Shown here: positions 1 to 11,391 of the stretch, in pieces
Layout: every line of letters starts with the position of its first letter
Numbering within the stretch: the first letter of the stretch is position 1
NCBI GenBank assembly: GCA_002633005.1
Contig: NMRA01000087.1
Location: 749,393-813,392, forward strand
Length of the DNA: 64,000 nucleotides
Direction: 5' to 3'
Source of the DNA: Phoronis australis
Taxonomy: Eukaryota; Animalia; Phoronida
The notes under the pieces: model-generated
Seen by the model: the letters and a program-made list of their open reading frames with translations, nothing else
Told to the model about the DNA's origin: nothing
Databases searched by the model: none
Program-made: the position numbers and the translations under genes

Positions 1-9
1 TATAAAATT

Positions 10-275
10 TAATCATCATAATTGAACCAACTAAACGTAGGAATAGAGATTGAAATGTGATCTATGCATGCAAAGAAGACTGTGTTATAGCCATCAAGGG
101 AAGTAATTATGTGATACTTCACAAATTTGTGTTCAACATTTGTTTGTAAGTGCTCAATGACCAAGTAGTATCACTGCACAACCACAAGTCTTTGGTAAAT
201 AGTTACTTTTGTTGATGATGGCAACCCTCTCCATTATGATTGTAAAAACTGTCATTAGACATCTTTCAGAACAAG
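10..275 (+). repeat. Diverged intronic direct repeat, copy 1 (copy 2 at about 2697-2965)
   Basis: Shared blocks such as ctcaatgaccaagt, cacaaccacaagtctttggtaaat, ttgatga.ggcaaccctct, gacatctttcag. Confidence 0.8.
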
Positions 276-451
276 AATTATTTAGTGTGAATCATTAAAA
301 ACTTAAGAGGTTGTTGTTGTGTTTTTGTATCTCTATTCAAGGCCATGATACTTTTTTCACACCTGTGCCAACATATGTTTTTTGTAGTTGTTGTTTGTCT
401 AACCAGTTACTGGTACTAGTCATGTTGCATGGTTATGTAAATGCATTTTAG

Positions 452-679
452 TCTCAGCTGCAAAACCAGCAGACGTCAAATCACAGCTCTCAGCAGGTCG
501 TTACCCTGACAACAGAACTGGAGTCAGTTAAAGCTCAACTGAGTGAAGCGAAAAAAGAGATAGACGACGGCTGTAGGGAGATTAATCATATGCGTGAGTG
601 TTGTGATCAGTCGGACAAAGAGTTGGAGGCTGAGCAGACTGCACTACGAAAAGCAAGGGAGACAATTACCAAACTGGAG
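452..679 (+). CDS. Coiled-coil gene exon (SQLQNQ...MRECCDQSDKELEAE...ITKLE)
   Basis: ttttag acceptor, gtgcgt donor, 228 nt open, phase 0/0. Confidence 0.75.
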
Positions 680-3600
680 GTGCGTCTACTTGATAGCAAG
701 CAATTATGAAACTTTTATTTTTAAAGGCGAAGGCAACCTTTTTCCATGTCATTTTGAGCTAAAATATGGTTGGTTGGTTATCCTAGACATATTTTCCACT
801 TAATTACAGCATTTCGTAATTTTATTAATTACTCGTCCGCTCTTCCGGAAGTGACGTTTTAGGAGGCAAGCATTTCGCGCCAATTTCTTTTCATATAGTC
901 TGACTGTGAGAGCTGCCGAGTCAGTCATTGTTCTACCTCGGTTGTGTTAAGTTCCGTCGTCGTTTGCTTTCATTTACTAGTCAGTCAACATGCCACACTG
1001 TTACTGCGTACCAGGATATACTAATTATCGGCTCACGCGCGCTTTGGGAGTACCTTTGCATCGCTTTCCGATGGATGACACACTTCGCCGTACTTGGCTC
1101 GTTCGTGTGAAGAACGCAGCGTTACCCGTCCACGCAACGTACAAAGCAGTGGAGAATTACCGTGTGTGTGGCAAGCACTTTCTGCCGTCCGATTACGAAA
1201 GGGATTTGTACGCTGAACTGATGAAGGTCCCTGCGAAACAACGCCTGAAGAAGGATGCCATTCCGTCTGTGTTGATTCCCGGCAGTGCCCCGTCGCCACC
1301 CCCGAGAAGTGCGTTTTTGAAGCGAGAAGCCTCGCGAGCTGTGGCCAGTACAGTGACTGGAGCCAGTGGAGGCACTTCATCTACTGTCACCCGTGCCTCC
1401 GAACGTACCCCAGAGCGTGCAATTCCTGGAACCAGTAGTGATTCGCCCTGTGCTGTTTTCTCCAGCCCAGAGCCTCTAAGCAGCCCTGCAGCGATATTGA
1501 GTAGTGGGAGTGATTACAGGCCCAGTTCGACACCCAGTGAAGAGGACAGTTCGTCGTCCAGTGAACAGATCGGTGAGCCAAACTTTGATAAGTTTATTGT
1601 GGACTTGTCTAAAGTGTTGGAGCTATTTAGAAGGTGCCAGGTGTGTGGCGAGGGAGTCACACGACACAATGTAAGCAGTTTGGGTGCTCAGGTCACCATC
1701 CAGTGGGAGTGTGTCACGGGACACTCTGGCAAGTGGGACAGTTGTTCCTCTGTCCGTGGTATGCCGGAGGTCCACTTAACCATGTCCAGTGGTGTGCTCT
1801 TCACTGGAAACACGTTTCAGTCGGTGAAGACAATGATGGACTTTGGAAAAGTCAAGTTTTTTTTTCGAAAACAACATTCAACAACATTCAGAATTCCTAT
1901 TTAATACCAGTTGTCAATGACGCATACATGTCACAACATCTCGAGTTGGTGGCGGAATTCATGGAGAAGGAGAACTTGTCTGACTCACCAGGGCGGTCCG
2001 CCAAGTATACCACATACACTCTAATGGAGGAAGAGACCAAAAAGATAATTGATGTGGAACTCGGAACAGCACAAGCATTCAATTGAGGTAGGCATAACAA
2101 CGCACACAGTGCATTTGCACCAAGATGTGTCACCACGTCTGTCTTCAGTAGCCGCCTCGTTTCTCTCAACAGCTGCCTGTGCCTGTGTGTACTCTGCCTC
2201 GTTGTACTCGGGCTCAAACATGTACCCACCCACTGAATGTCCGTGAAAAAATTCCTCGTCACCACTGCTGTGAACAAGGTCTCCGTCACTCACACTACTG
2301 TCACTGTGATACGGGTCACCGACTCCAGCCATTTTCAGCTTACAACACACTAAACAATCCCTAAATCCAACGCAGTTGAGTTCTCTACTAACCTATCTTG
2401 CCGCAGAATACTCGCCGATGGAAAGTGGTGGCGACAATTGGTGAAAAATAGCACAAAACAAAAGTAGAATAGAACAGATTCGCACAGTAAGCTCAACGCA
2501 AAACCAAGTGGCGGGAAGCGCTTGCCTCCTAAAACGTCACTTCCGGAGTAGCGGACGAGTAATCTATAAAATTACGAAAAGCTGTAATTAAGTGGAAAAT
2601 ATGTCTAGGATAACCAACCAACCTTATTTTAGCTCAAAATGACATGGAAAAAGGTTGCCTTCGCCTTTAATGCTGAATTTTTTTTTTGTAAAGATTAATC
2701 ATCTTAACAGAATCAACTTAACATAGGAATAGGAATAGAATTGTGAACTGTGTCTGTAAAGTAGATTATATTATAGCCAGCAAGGAACGTAATTATCAGG
2801 TATTTCTCAACTTTGTGTTCAACCTTGTAAAGCCTCAATGACCAAGTGGTTTCAGTGCACAACCACAAGTCTTTGGTAAATTGTTCTTTTCTTGATGAAG
2901 GCAACCCTCTACATTAAGATTATTAAAGCTTAGCCTAGAACTTGACATCTTTCAGGACAAGCATATGTATTGACGTCAACAAATAATAGTTTTCACTTGT
3001 TGTCATGAAGTGTACAGCTAATTATTAGAACAAACATTTTTGTCAGTTTTAGACAGCTTTAATACAAAGTTAACAGCTGTTGTGTTACTGATAAATGTTT
3101 TTATTACATCTTCCCTGTTCTTTGTGTTGCTTAGAAAGAGAAGACAGATTGGGAAGCTGAGGTGGACAAGCTGAAGCAGTGTTGTGAAGAGCTTGATCAG
3201 GACAGTCAAAAGGAGAGACTTGCTCTTACTAAACTTCAAAAAAAGTATGACAGTCTTCACCAAGAGGTGGCGGGCATCTCAACAGCAGGTGAGCTTTGCA
3301 GACTAAGAGGTACAAGTAGGCTTTCATTAACATGCTTTCTGACACTCCTAAAAATGTTCAGTGTTTTTTTCACTTGTTATGCAATGGGAATCACATGTTA
3401 TTGTCACAATAGACATGCCTACACTGCTATTAAAGCTGAAAGAGTTTGATTTCAGTTGACACTCTATAGGCTTTTAGCAGTTACCGTTGTTACCACCATT
3501 TGGCTCTGCACAGCAAGCTGACATGTTTAATATCCCAGAATGCCTTTGCTTAGAACATACAGCACTATCTATGTGTAAGGCTAAAACTAATATACAATAC

Positions 3601-6600
3601 CTCCTTCCCAAAATTCCTGAACTTAAGATAGATATTCACTGTTTGTAATTGCATGGTGACATTCTGTATTAAACAAAACTTATGTGCTTTTGACATGAAA
3701 TATCTGCTGAGCCAAGCAGGCTGTTACTGTTTCATTAGATTTACAGTTATTTTGTGGTGCATCAAGCGATGGTTCCTTTTTTAACAGATTGTAAAATTAT
3801 GGAACTCATAGTTATCACTTACAAGTATTGTGTCTCTCATATGTGACAAAAGCAAAGTTTATGTGACTTATACATGAAAAAATCAAGCCATGACAATTGA
3901 GACTTCCCTGTGACAATTTGAAAATGCTGTGATGTGACAAATTTGATTTGCCCTCAAACATGAATCAATTCTCTGCTCTCTGGTGTCGTGTACTTTGCAA
4001 CAAATCTGTTAAAGTTTTGCTTTGCAAGCTGACATGTTTAATATCACAGAACGCTCTTGCAAAGAACATATAGCGCTTGTGATAAAGATAGGTCAATTTC
4101 CTTGAAATTGTTATAGTGTCCTCAATGTTGGCATCAGACAGCTGTTTGGAGAAAACTAGGTCAGCTGTATTGTAGTTAATTAAAACCTTATTTCTCTGAC
4201 ATTATATTTAATTTACTAATCAATCTTGATAAAATTGCTTTATAACCTCATTAACTTTAATTATGGTCATCAATTAGTGTTGGAAAATTGATTTATTTTC
4301 ATGTGCTCTCACAAAAAATTGATTTCAATTTAAGTCCTACTTGTGTCAAATTATTCTTTAGTTACGATTAACACCAGCATGCAGGGATTCACAGCTTTCC
4401 TATACGACATGTTACAATACTCATTTGGTCAGTTCAAGGAGTGTACGAAGAATATGAGAGTTCACTCCGCCATCTTGTCATTCACCGCAATGGTTATCTG
4501 TCAAAAAAACTAACACCCCAAGCAGCGAATAAGCAACACTAATTTAGCGGCACAGTCCGAACCATGTAAACACTGATAAACTCATACTTTAATGATGTTC
4601 GACATGTAATAAAATTACTGTATGATTGAAAATGGTTAAAACACGTAAACTAACGTCCACTTATAATCGAATGAGAATCAAAATGTGTGTTTTAATCAAT
4701 ATTAAAGTGCATTTGTTTTCATTCTCTTGAAGCTACCTTCAAAAGCCATCATGGTTTTGTTTCACGTTTGTGTTCTTAATAAGGCAACCTACCATTCCTT
4801 ATAACATTTCATACTTCCGTGGACTACATAATTTTAGTGATTGCTCCGGGAGGTTCTAGGGGGTTGGCCCAGCAAAGGGATGCAAGGGAGGAGTGCTAAC
4901 CAAGTGGGCGCCAAATGGGTGTTGACCCACTCCCAGGGGGGTACATGGGAAGAGTGCTAAACAGGTAAAAACCAATGGGGTATGCCACATGAGTGTTTAG
5001 CCCCTCCCATTGTCACAAATTTTGGTTGTTCCCCTGACCATTGACAGCATGTGCTGAGGTGGTGATAAGATTTGGCCCTCATTTTATGCATGACCCCAAG
5101 GACTTTTGCTTGTAATGACTGGTGGCCATCATGCCCCAGTGCCATCCTGGGTGTTTTCCAACTTTTCATTACAAAGTGGTCCCAGCTCACTGCGCGTTTA
5201 ATGTCCACCCAACAATTTTGAATATGTGTTCCCTGTTGAATACACCAGGCTGCTACCAGTGCAGACAATTGGTTTGTGCAGTAGGTGTTACACAAGAAGA
5301 AGAATGCAAGGCAAATTAATACTACCACATTGTATTCCGTTCTGATGCTTCCTCACAAAAAATTTTAGTTGACGTACATTGACAACAAGAATCTGCAGAA
5401 GGCAGAGCGTAGCGTTGCAGTAGCCTACACTGCAGACTGTAGTCGCCAGGCACCGGGACTGCGATCTACTTGTCTTCCAACCGTAAACAGAACACACAAA
5501 ATGAAAGACAATGTGTCATATTATTGAATAACAAATAAACCTTACATTTCTGGATCCGTAAAAAAATGACATGTTTGGGTTGGGGTTTTCATGGATGAAT
5601 TAGTGCAATTTGCAGCATTGCAAAATGCGCCGTTCTCCATTGTTCTCGCGCTTCCTACTTCAATAAATAAAACTTGACCGTTGCTTATTCACCACTTGGT
5701 GGCGCTAGTAGTTGCGATTACAGCGAACTCACAAGTGAACTCTCCTATTGTACTGCACTCCTTCGCCTGTTCCTGAAAGGAAAACATACATGTACACACA
5801 GTGATGTAATTTATTCCCACTTACGCTGGTTCAGATATTATTGATTTTATTGGATATGGAACTGGGGATATCCTAACCTTATGAAATTTAAGCAAAAATA
5901 GATGGTTGGGTTGTATATCTCCTCGAGTAAGGCATTTACCTTATATAGACCTTGTCAACATGGTGCAGCTAAATGACAATGGACACTGAATGAGGACTTG
6001 GAATTTTCCTCTTTCAAAAGGATTTCCTCTTTTTTGGTTTCTTTTTTTATTGGATTTCCAGTTTTCTTTTTTTTAGTCTCTTTTATATCATTATTTTGAC
6101 CTAATTTATGCAAAAAGGTGTATTTCACTTAAATTTTATAACACAAAAAATATTTTTCTCACATAAGTTTATTTATTTGTGGAATGATACATCACCTGAA
6201 AGTTAACCTTTATTTTTTATTGGTCAATCCTAGCCCCGCTAAATTCAAGTATACTGTCAGGCCAACTGTCGGCTTTAACTTTGAAAGAGTTCTACTTGTT
6301 CTACTTCAGCAAAAATGTGACAGGCTTATTGTGAGCAGGGGGAGTTGCTGGAGGGTCAAGAGAGGTCTACAGTTGTCGAATCATCACTAGTTGGCTTCAC
6401 ACGACATGCATATCTCCCTTCATCACGAACAGTTTAAGAGACATTAACGTTTTGTGGCCAAAAAACACATTTTGGGATTATTCAAGTTATTATCTTTATA
6501 ACAACAACGAAGATCAATTCTGTATTTGTGCTTTTATTACAAATAGTCAGTTTTTGCCGTTGTCTCACAGCAATTGTAAATATGCATAAAATATTCTGCC

Positions 6601-9148
6601 CTATATTGAGTGGAATACAGCTGCTGCAGTGTTTGGCTGATGCGGTGGAGCTTCTAGGTTCAGTTCTGCATGATATATAAGTGATGACCACACCACATTT
6701 ATATTTTTGTGTCTCGCTCTTTCTCTCTATGCTCTGTTTTATGAAATGTCAATCAAGTAATGATCTTTGGTTACCAGGAAAGCTGCAAAAAGAATTAGGA
6801 GAAAAAGATCTCGAGATCAACGAACTGCAGCGCCGCCTCATGTTAATTGACGACCGCTACCAGAAAAAACTTAAAAGTTTGCGAGACAGCCTTCAAGTGA
6901 AGGAAGAGTCTCTGGTACGATACAAAAGTGAGCTGCGGCGACTGCAGCAGACTGTTGACAGCCAGACAGGTACGAGGGCTGTTGTTATGAAAACCAGCTG
7001 GTATGACAGTGATGTAGTACAAAAAATAGTGGGGGGGGGCGCTGAAGACACGGCGAGCCATTCCTGGCTGTAATAAATTGAGGGGACAACATCTTTGTAC
7101 GCTCGCTCTCAACTGCACACTTGGTGGTTATATGCTTCATTTGGTTGCAGTCATTGAAAAGGTTGGTTGAGCTGTGCTGTTGTATCAGTGGGAATAATTC
7201 TGTTTTCGATGGCATGTCTGGCTTGTTTGTTGGACTGTAAAAATGGTATTTTGGAAGTTGTATTCTTTGTGTTGATTCCGAGCAGGCTGGAGAAAGCACC
7301 ACCATGACCGTTTTCACCTGTTGACAAGTTGTGTACACAATATAGTCCAATATTCAGGCAACTAAAGTCGTAATTGGACGTTAAGTTCATTGTGTGATCC
7401 AAAATCAAATATTTGGTATGACATTGGTCAAGTGTAAATGGTACGGTAATATCTCACCAATTTAGGTCGCAGTATAGCAGAGGCGTGAAATTTTATTTGC
7501 TAATTTTTCCTGTAAAGAATGTGTAGCACCAAAATAATGCTTTGTCATGTTCTGTACATTGGTAACAACAGGCACTATTTTTAGAAAATTTGCGAGCATT
7601 CACAGCAAAAGTTTGAAGATCTTGAAAAAAAGGGGCAAATTTGGCAATTATTTTTGTCTGGAATTGGTGAGATTTTACTGTATTAAGTATTTGTTTCACA
7701 AAAAGTCTTTTTTGAAGATAATAACAGAACGTATTTTACTGGATCACAAAATAGAGCTATCTTGCCTTCTACATATTTTACTGGTATCTTGACTGAGACT
7801 AACTTATATGACTTGTTGTTTCTTCCTATAGCTACGGTCTCATTTAAGCCAAATCAGGCCACACAGCAATCAGAAGAGACATCTAGTGGTGGTGTTGCAA
7901 GTTCGTTAAGCCTCTACACTATGGAGGCGAAGAACGCTAAATTACAGCGTGACCTGAAGGCTGCCAGACAGTCTCGTGAGGAGGTGGAACAGAAGCTGTC
8001 TTCTTACAAGTAAGCCGTGTGAATGATTCTTTCTAGTCTGTAAAGCATTCTGGGGAACTCTTCAACACCACGTATACAAATTTCAGGATCTTTTGACCCA
8101 GGAAAATGACAAAAGCCATCACAACCCCCACCCCATATATCAGAGTAGTGTGACTTATTTGAGGTAAAAGGGAGAATCACTTTAGCGCACCTTTGTTGAC
8201 TAAGGTGGGTTTTTTCCTTGAATCCTGTCTCAATTCAGGTCTAACTGACTGTCAGTAGTGCTGTGGTATAAGTTAGACCAAGCTGTTTTCTAACTTGTTT
8301 GCTTGATTCTCTCTAGATAATTAGAAGTGTGTTTATCTTCAGTTATTCCATAATGTGATGTGCTGTTGTAGGGTGAAGTATGAGAAACTTAAAGAAATGT
8401 ACGATGCTTGTAAAAAAACGAGGCCAGGACTGGAAGGTAAGATAATATATGTTTTCACGAGACACCTATGTCTTTTAATAATGCCTTGTGTAGCCAACAA
8501 ATCTTCTAACTCTATTCTTTCCAAGTAGATAAATTTGTGAACACTTGAGACATGGAAGGGTCCTTTCTCTTCAGGCAGTAATCTTTATTGTGCCTCAGTT
8601 CATGGTGCAATTTGTTATGTTTTATACATGAGTTATGTTCATCAACTGTTTGGTCACCATCTTGGCTCTAATTAAAGTGCTGAGAGGTCAAATTTGACAC
8701 AAATGGTGTGGGAGTTGCTTTACTTTAAAAGCAGACGTGCCAACTGTTCCATATTTAAGGAATGCATTCCATATTGCAAGGAAAAGGTTTTGTGATTCAT
8801 TATATTTTTGGAAGGTCTGTGTTTGCTACTTGCAAAAAGACAAATGCCAATACCTTTTATAGTCTCACTCAGAAAAGTGTACCCTCTGTTGGCGATTTTG
8901 TCGCTGTTAATTACATGAACTGGTATGAAATATTTTTAACAATGAAAATTGTTATTCAAGCTGTTAGCATGATGTTATGTGATCATACTGTAATGTTCTG
9001 AAAATCATTTTCAGTTATCACCAACAGTCCGAAGGCAAGTCCCGTGAAGAAATTAAAAACAAAACTTGACAAGCCCAGTTATAACTTATTTAGCAATAAC
9101 ATTCCAGATGAAGTCGAGGAGGAACCTCAAGAATGTACGACTCAGTAA
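452..9148 (+). CDS. 3' part of a long coiled-coil protein gene, probably CENP-E (kinesin-7)-like (CENP-F-like is the alternative); exons 452-679, 3135-3288, 6778-6969, 7832-8009, 8372-8436, 9015-9148; 5' part lies upstream of the window
   Basis: Six AG/GT-bounded exons join with compatible phases (0,1,1,2,1) into a heptad-rich open frame ending ...PDEVEEEPQECTTQ-TAA. The CxxQ terminus resembles farnesylated CENP-E (CKTQ) and CENP-F (CKVQ). No motor domain is in the window, so identity is inferred. Confidence 0.6.
990..2065 (+). pseudogene. Truncated THAP-domain DDE transposase of the Kolobok-type element
   Basis: THAP signature (CVPG, LHRFP, W, VCGKHF, LKKDAIPS), then CxxC/C-H motif (CQVC...WECVTGH). 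Frameshift at T9 run 1857-1865 continues into ...LSDSPGRSAKYTTYTLM, resembling the DGxxDSPG-S-AKY region; truncated at about 2065. Confidence 0.75.
2060..2332 (-). pseudogene. Truncated KolX-like accessory ORF with P2X7 cytoplasmic-ballast/nanor-like Cys motif
   Basis: ATG at 2332; GYMFEPE...RRGDTSWCKCTVCVVMPTSIECLCCSE matches the YxFEP...WCxCxxC..M.T..EC.CC.E pattern; convergent with the transposase. Confidence 0.7.
2697..2965 (+). repeat. Diverged intronic direct repeat, copy 2
   Basis: Collinear similarity to 10-275. Confidence 0.8.
3135..3288 (+). CDS. Coiled-coil gene exon (KEKTDWEAEVDKLKQCCEELDQ...GISTA)
   Basis: gcttag acceptor, gtgagc donor, phase 0/1. Confidence 0.8.
4436..5763. 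mobile_element. Old unclassified TIR element (about 1.3 kb)
   Basis: Imperfect ~30-bp inverted ends aaggagtgtacgaagaatatgagagttcact / agtgaactctcctattgtactgcactcctt; no intact ORF. Confidence 0.5.
6778..6969 (+). CDS. Coiled-coil gene exon (KLQKELGEKDLEINELQRR...VDSQT)
   Basis: taccag acceptor, gtacga donor, phase 1/1. Confidence 0.8.
7832..8009 (+). CDS. Coiled-coil gene exon (TVSFKP...EVEQKLSSY)
   Basis: cctatag acceptor, gtaagc donor, phase 1/2. Confidence 0.8.
8372..8436 (+). CDS. Coiled-coil gene exon (VKYEKLKEMYDACKKTRPGLE)
   Basis: ttgtag acceptor, gtaaga donor, phase 2/1. Confidence 0.75.
9015..9148 (+). CDS. Terminal coding exon ending in CAAX-type motif CTTQ*
   Basis: tttcag acceptor; ITNSPKASPVKK...EEPQECTTQ then TAA at 9146-9148; AATAAA at 9391-9396. 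Confidence 0.75.
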
Positions 9149-11130
9149 GGCCTTCCGTAAAATATTTCTTGTGTCTCCTTGCGCCACCCTCACTCCTCTG
9201 TAGGCTGGTTGTGATGCGCTAATTTTTGTCTTTCTACAACGGAGGAAAAAAGTCAGTTTGTAGATGAAATTCTTTAGGACGCAAGAATATTTTGCGGTCA
9301 GTCATGCTAGGGGATCAACTTAATTTTGACGGACGCCTAAAAGAGTTGAGGTTTTATTTATGATGTAAACACAAACCCCAGCTAGTAGGTAATAAAGGAG
9401 CTTATAATTAAGTTCATTGATTTGATGTGGTCTGAATTGCAAGGGAACGACTTCCCTTAAACAAGACCTTGATTGTTACTTGAGTACTGGGAGAGTAGTC
9501 AATACAGGGAGCGTGACTTATCACCGTGTTCTCGTTTTTGTTATTCAGTTTATTCAACCGTTATGTGCAGTGCAGTACAGTACGTTGCAGTGTATTACAG
9601 TGCTGCACAGTACAGCGCATGACAGTGTTTTTCTCTGCTTTACTAGATTGTGCACAGTTGCTCATATGCTCTGTAGTATGTACTTTTCCATATGTGTTTC
9701 ACTGCTTTACACGCCAGGACCTTGTTTCATTTTAGAGTGGAAATTTATAACATTTGAATGTAAGGCTGTGAGTTTGAATGTGAAAGTTGTATAATATATT
9801 TGTATTGTTTCAATTTCCTTTGTTCTCTTTCTTTCACGATGAAATTGATGAACATTGTTTAAAATGTCCCATCAGGCATTTGGAAAACAACATTATATAT
9901 CATCAATAGTAGATATATAGGGTCATTGCTATAATATTTTTCAAACAGTTTTAAAAACTGTCTATTCGAACACAAGATTATGAAATTGACAATTTAATGA
10001 TTACAAGTTGTAACTGCAGAAGAATATTCAATTTCATTAACCTTTCATTATTGTTACATTATTTTTTTTTGGGGGGAAATAGTTCCTAGGATGTCACAAG
10101 AGCCCCAGTGGACTGTGAGCAGTGATGAACTTTAAGGGAATAGGCCGTTAGGCTGGGCCCCCTTCGAGAGGGGCCCCTTCAAATGAACGGAAAATCAAGA
10201 CGTTTCTTCCTGACAATTGCATTACTTCTAAAAGCCCTGAGACAGTATGGTAAGGTTCAGATTTTTTGAGGGGACAGAAGGTTGTCTGGCTCTTCCCGTA
10301 GCACTTGTGGGGATGGTGACAAAGTGTTCAGGAATGACTGTTTGCCATATGGTTATACATTTTATCAACATAGCTGCAAAACCTGTGGTTTCCATTCTTT
10401 AGAATATGTCTTTCTCACATAAAAGTATGTATAAAATTGGATTGGAAAATCTGTCAAGTTTTCATAGACTTTCTGAAAGTATGATACCTGCTCGTTTTAA
10501 CATATGTGTAGACGATGCATGCTGCAAAAAATGGATTTTCCTTAATAAATATTCCCTTGTCCCTTTCCTCTAAAGCGCACTGTCATTGAGCCCTTCCAGA
10601 TAGCTTACAGTAACGGCTTTATTATTTTTTGAAGTATGTATATCATTTGAAGTGGCTTTTTAACCGCATACCAGTTTATTTGGAGTAGTCCTTACATGTA
10701 TTCTTTAATCTGGTTACGGCACGAAACAATAAATTCACGTTGCCGAGTGAAGTAAATTAAAGGCAGACCGGAAGAGTGGGAAGGGACTACAAATACCTAT
10801 TCCTCTACTCTGGGTCGAAGGTCAAGGTTCGTTTTATTATGATCCAGTTTCGGGAAAATTCATTTTATTACGTCCATTCTTTGAAGTAATTTGTGGAAAG
10901 AGGTGAGGTTCCTAGGTGCGTGGTATGAGTGCTTTTGTGGGCGTTTCAGAATTCCTTGATCTGGAACACAGTCTGTAGTCACGTTTCTGGTTGCTGGACC
11001 CAAAAATGTACACACTTCAACGTCTGGAGTTCAAATTCAGTTCTCGTAGGTAACTGAGATTCTACGCAGGCCTGCTGCATGGTTACATCTTATTTGTAAC
11101 GTGGGTGTCCTTGACATGACGTGCTCCGTG

Positions 11131-11391
11131 CATGCACGCATCGGGGGGCCGGGGGGCTCGGGGCATCCAAAGAGCCCCTCCCCATTTGGCAAATTGGGTA
11201 ATAAGGTCCTCCTCAGAGAAACAAAAAGTCTGAGCAAAATGACACAAAAGTCCCCTAAAAAGGCAGGATTCGGCGTATGCACAATTCATAGCCCTGAGCG
11301 AACCCCGTGTTCGTTTTTTTTTTTCTTCAGTAAAAGGTCCACGTCCTCAAAAATTCGAGAACTAGTATATTTTAGGCTGGGTGCGCGCATG
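11131..11391 (+). mobile_element. MITE family A, complete copy with 5-bp TSD
   Basis: TIRs catgcacgca / tgcgcgcatg; CCGTG at 11126-11130 and 11392-11396; homologous to 13721-13932 and 24353-24594. Confidence 0.75.

Larger units (their letters stand above)
725..2666 (+). mobile_element. Kolobok-type DNA transposon, internally deleted (non-autonomous), intronic
   Basis: TTAA at 721-724 and 2667-2670; termini AGG...CCT; 147-bp TIRs (725-871 / 2520-2666, about 6 mismatches by eye); THAP-transposase remnant on + and convergent Cys-rich ORF on -. Confidence 0.85.

Noticed and set aside
725-2666. piggyBac element or host THAP gene
   Set aside because: TTAA TSD fits piggyBac, but the termini are AGG..CCT rather than CCC..GGG, and THAP plus a convergent Cys-rich ORF within TIRs fits Kolobok
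3513-4077. ~55-bp direct repeat (3513-3566 / 4024-4077) as LTRs
   Set aside because: Too short, with no PBS/PPT or coding sequence between; more likely a local duplication
10122-10240. Box C/D snoRNA (gtgatga...ctga)
   Set aside because: No terminal stem, not in an identified intron, and the motifs are expected by chance
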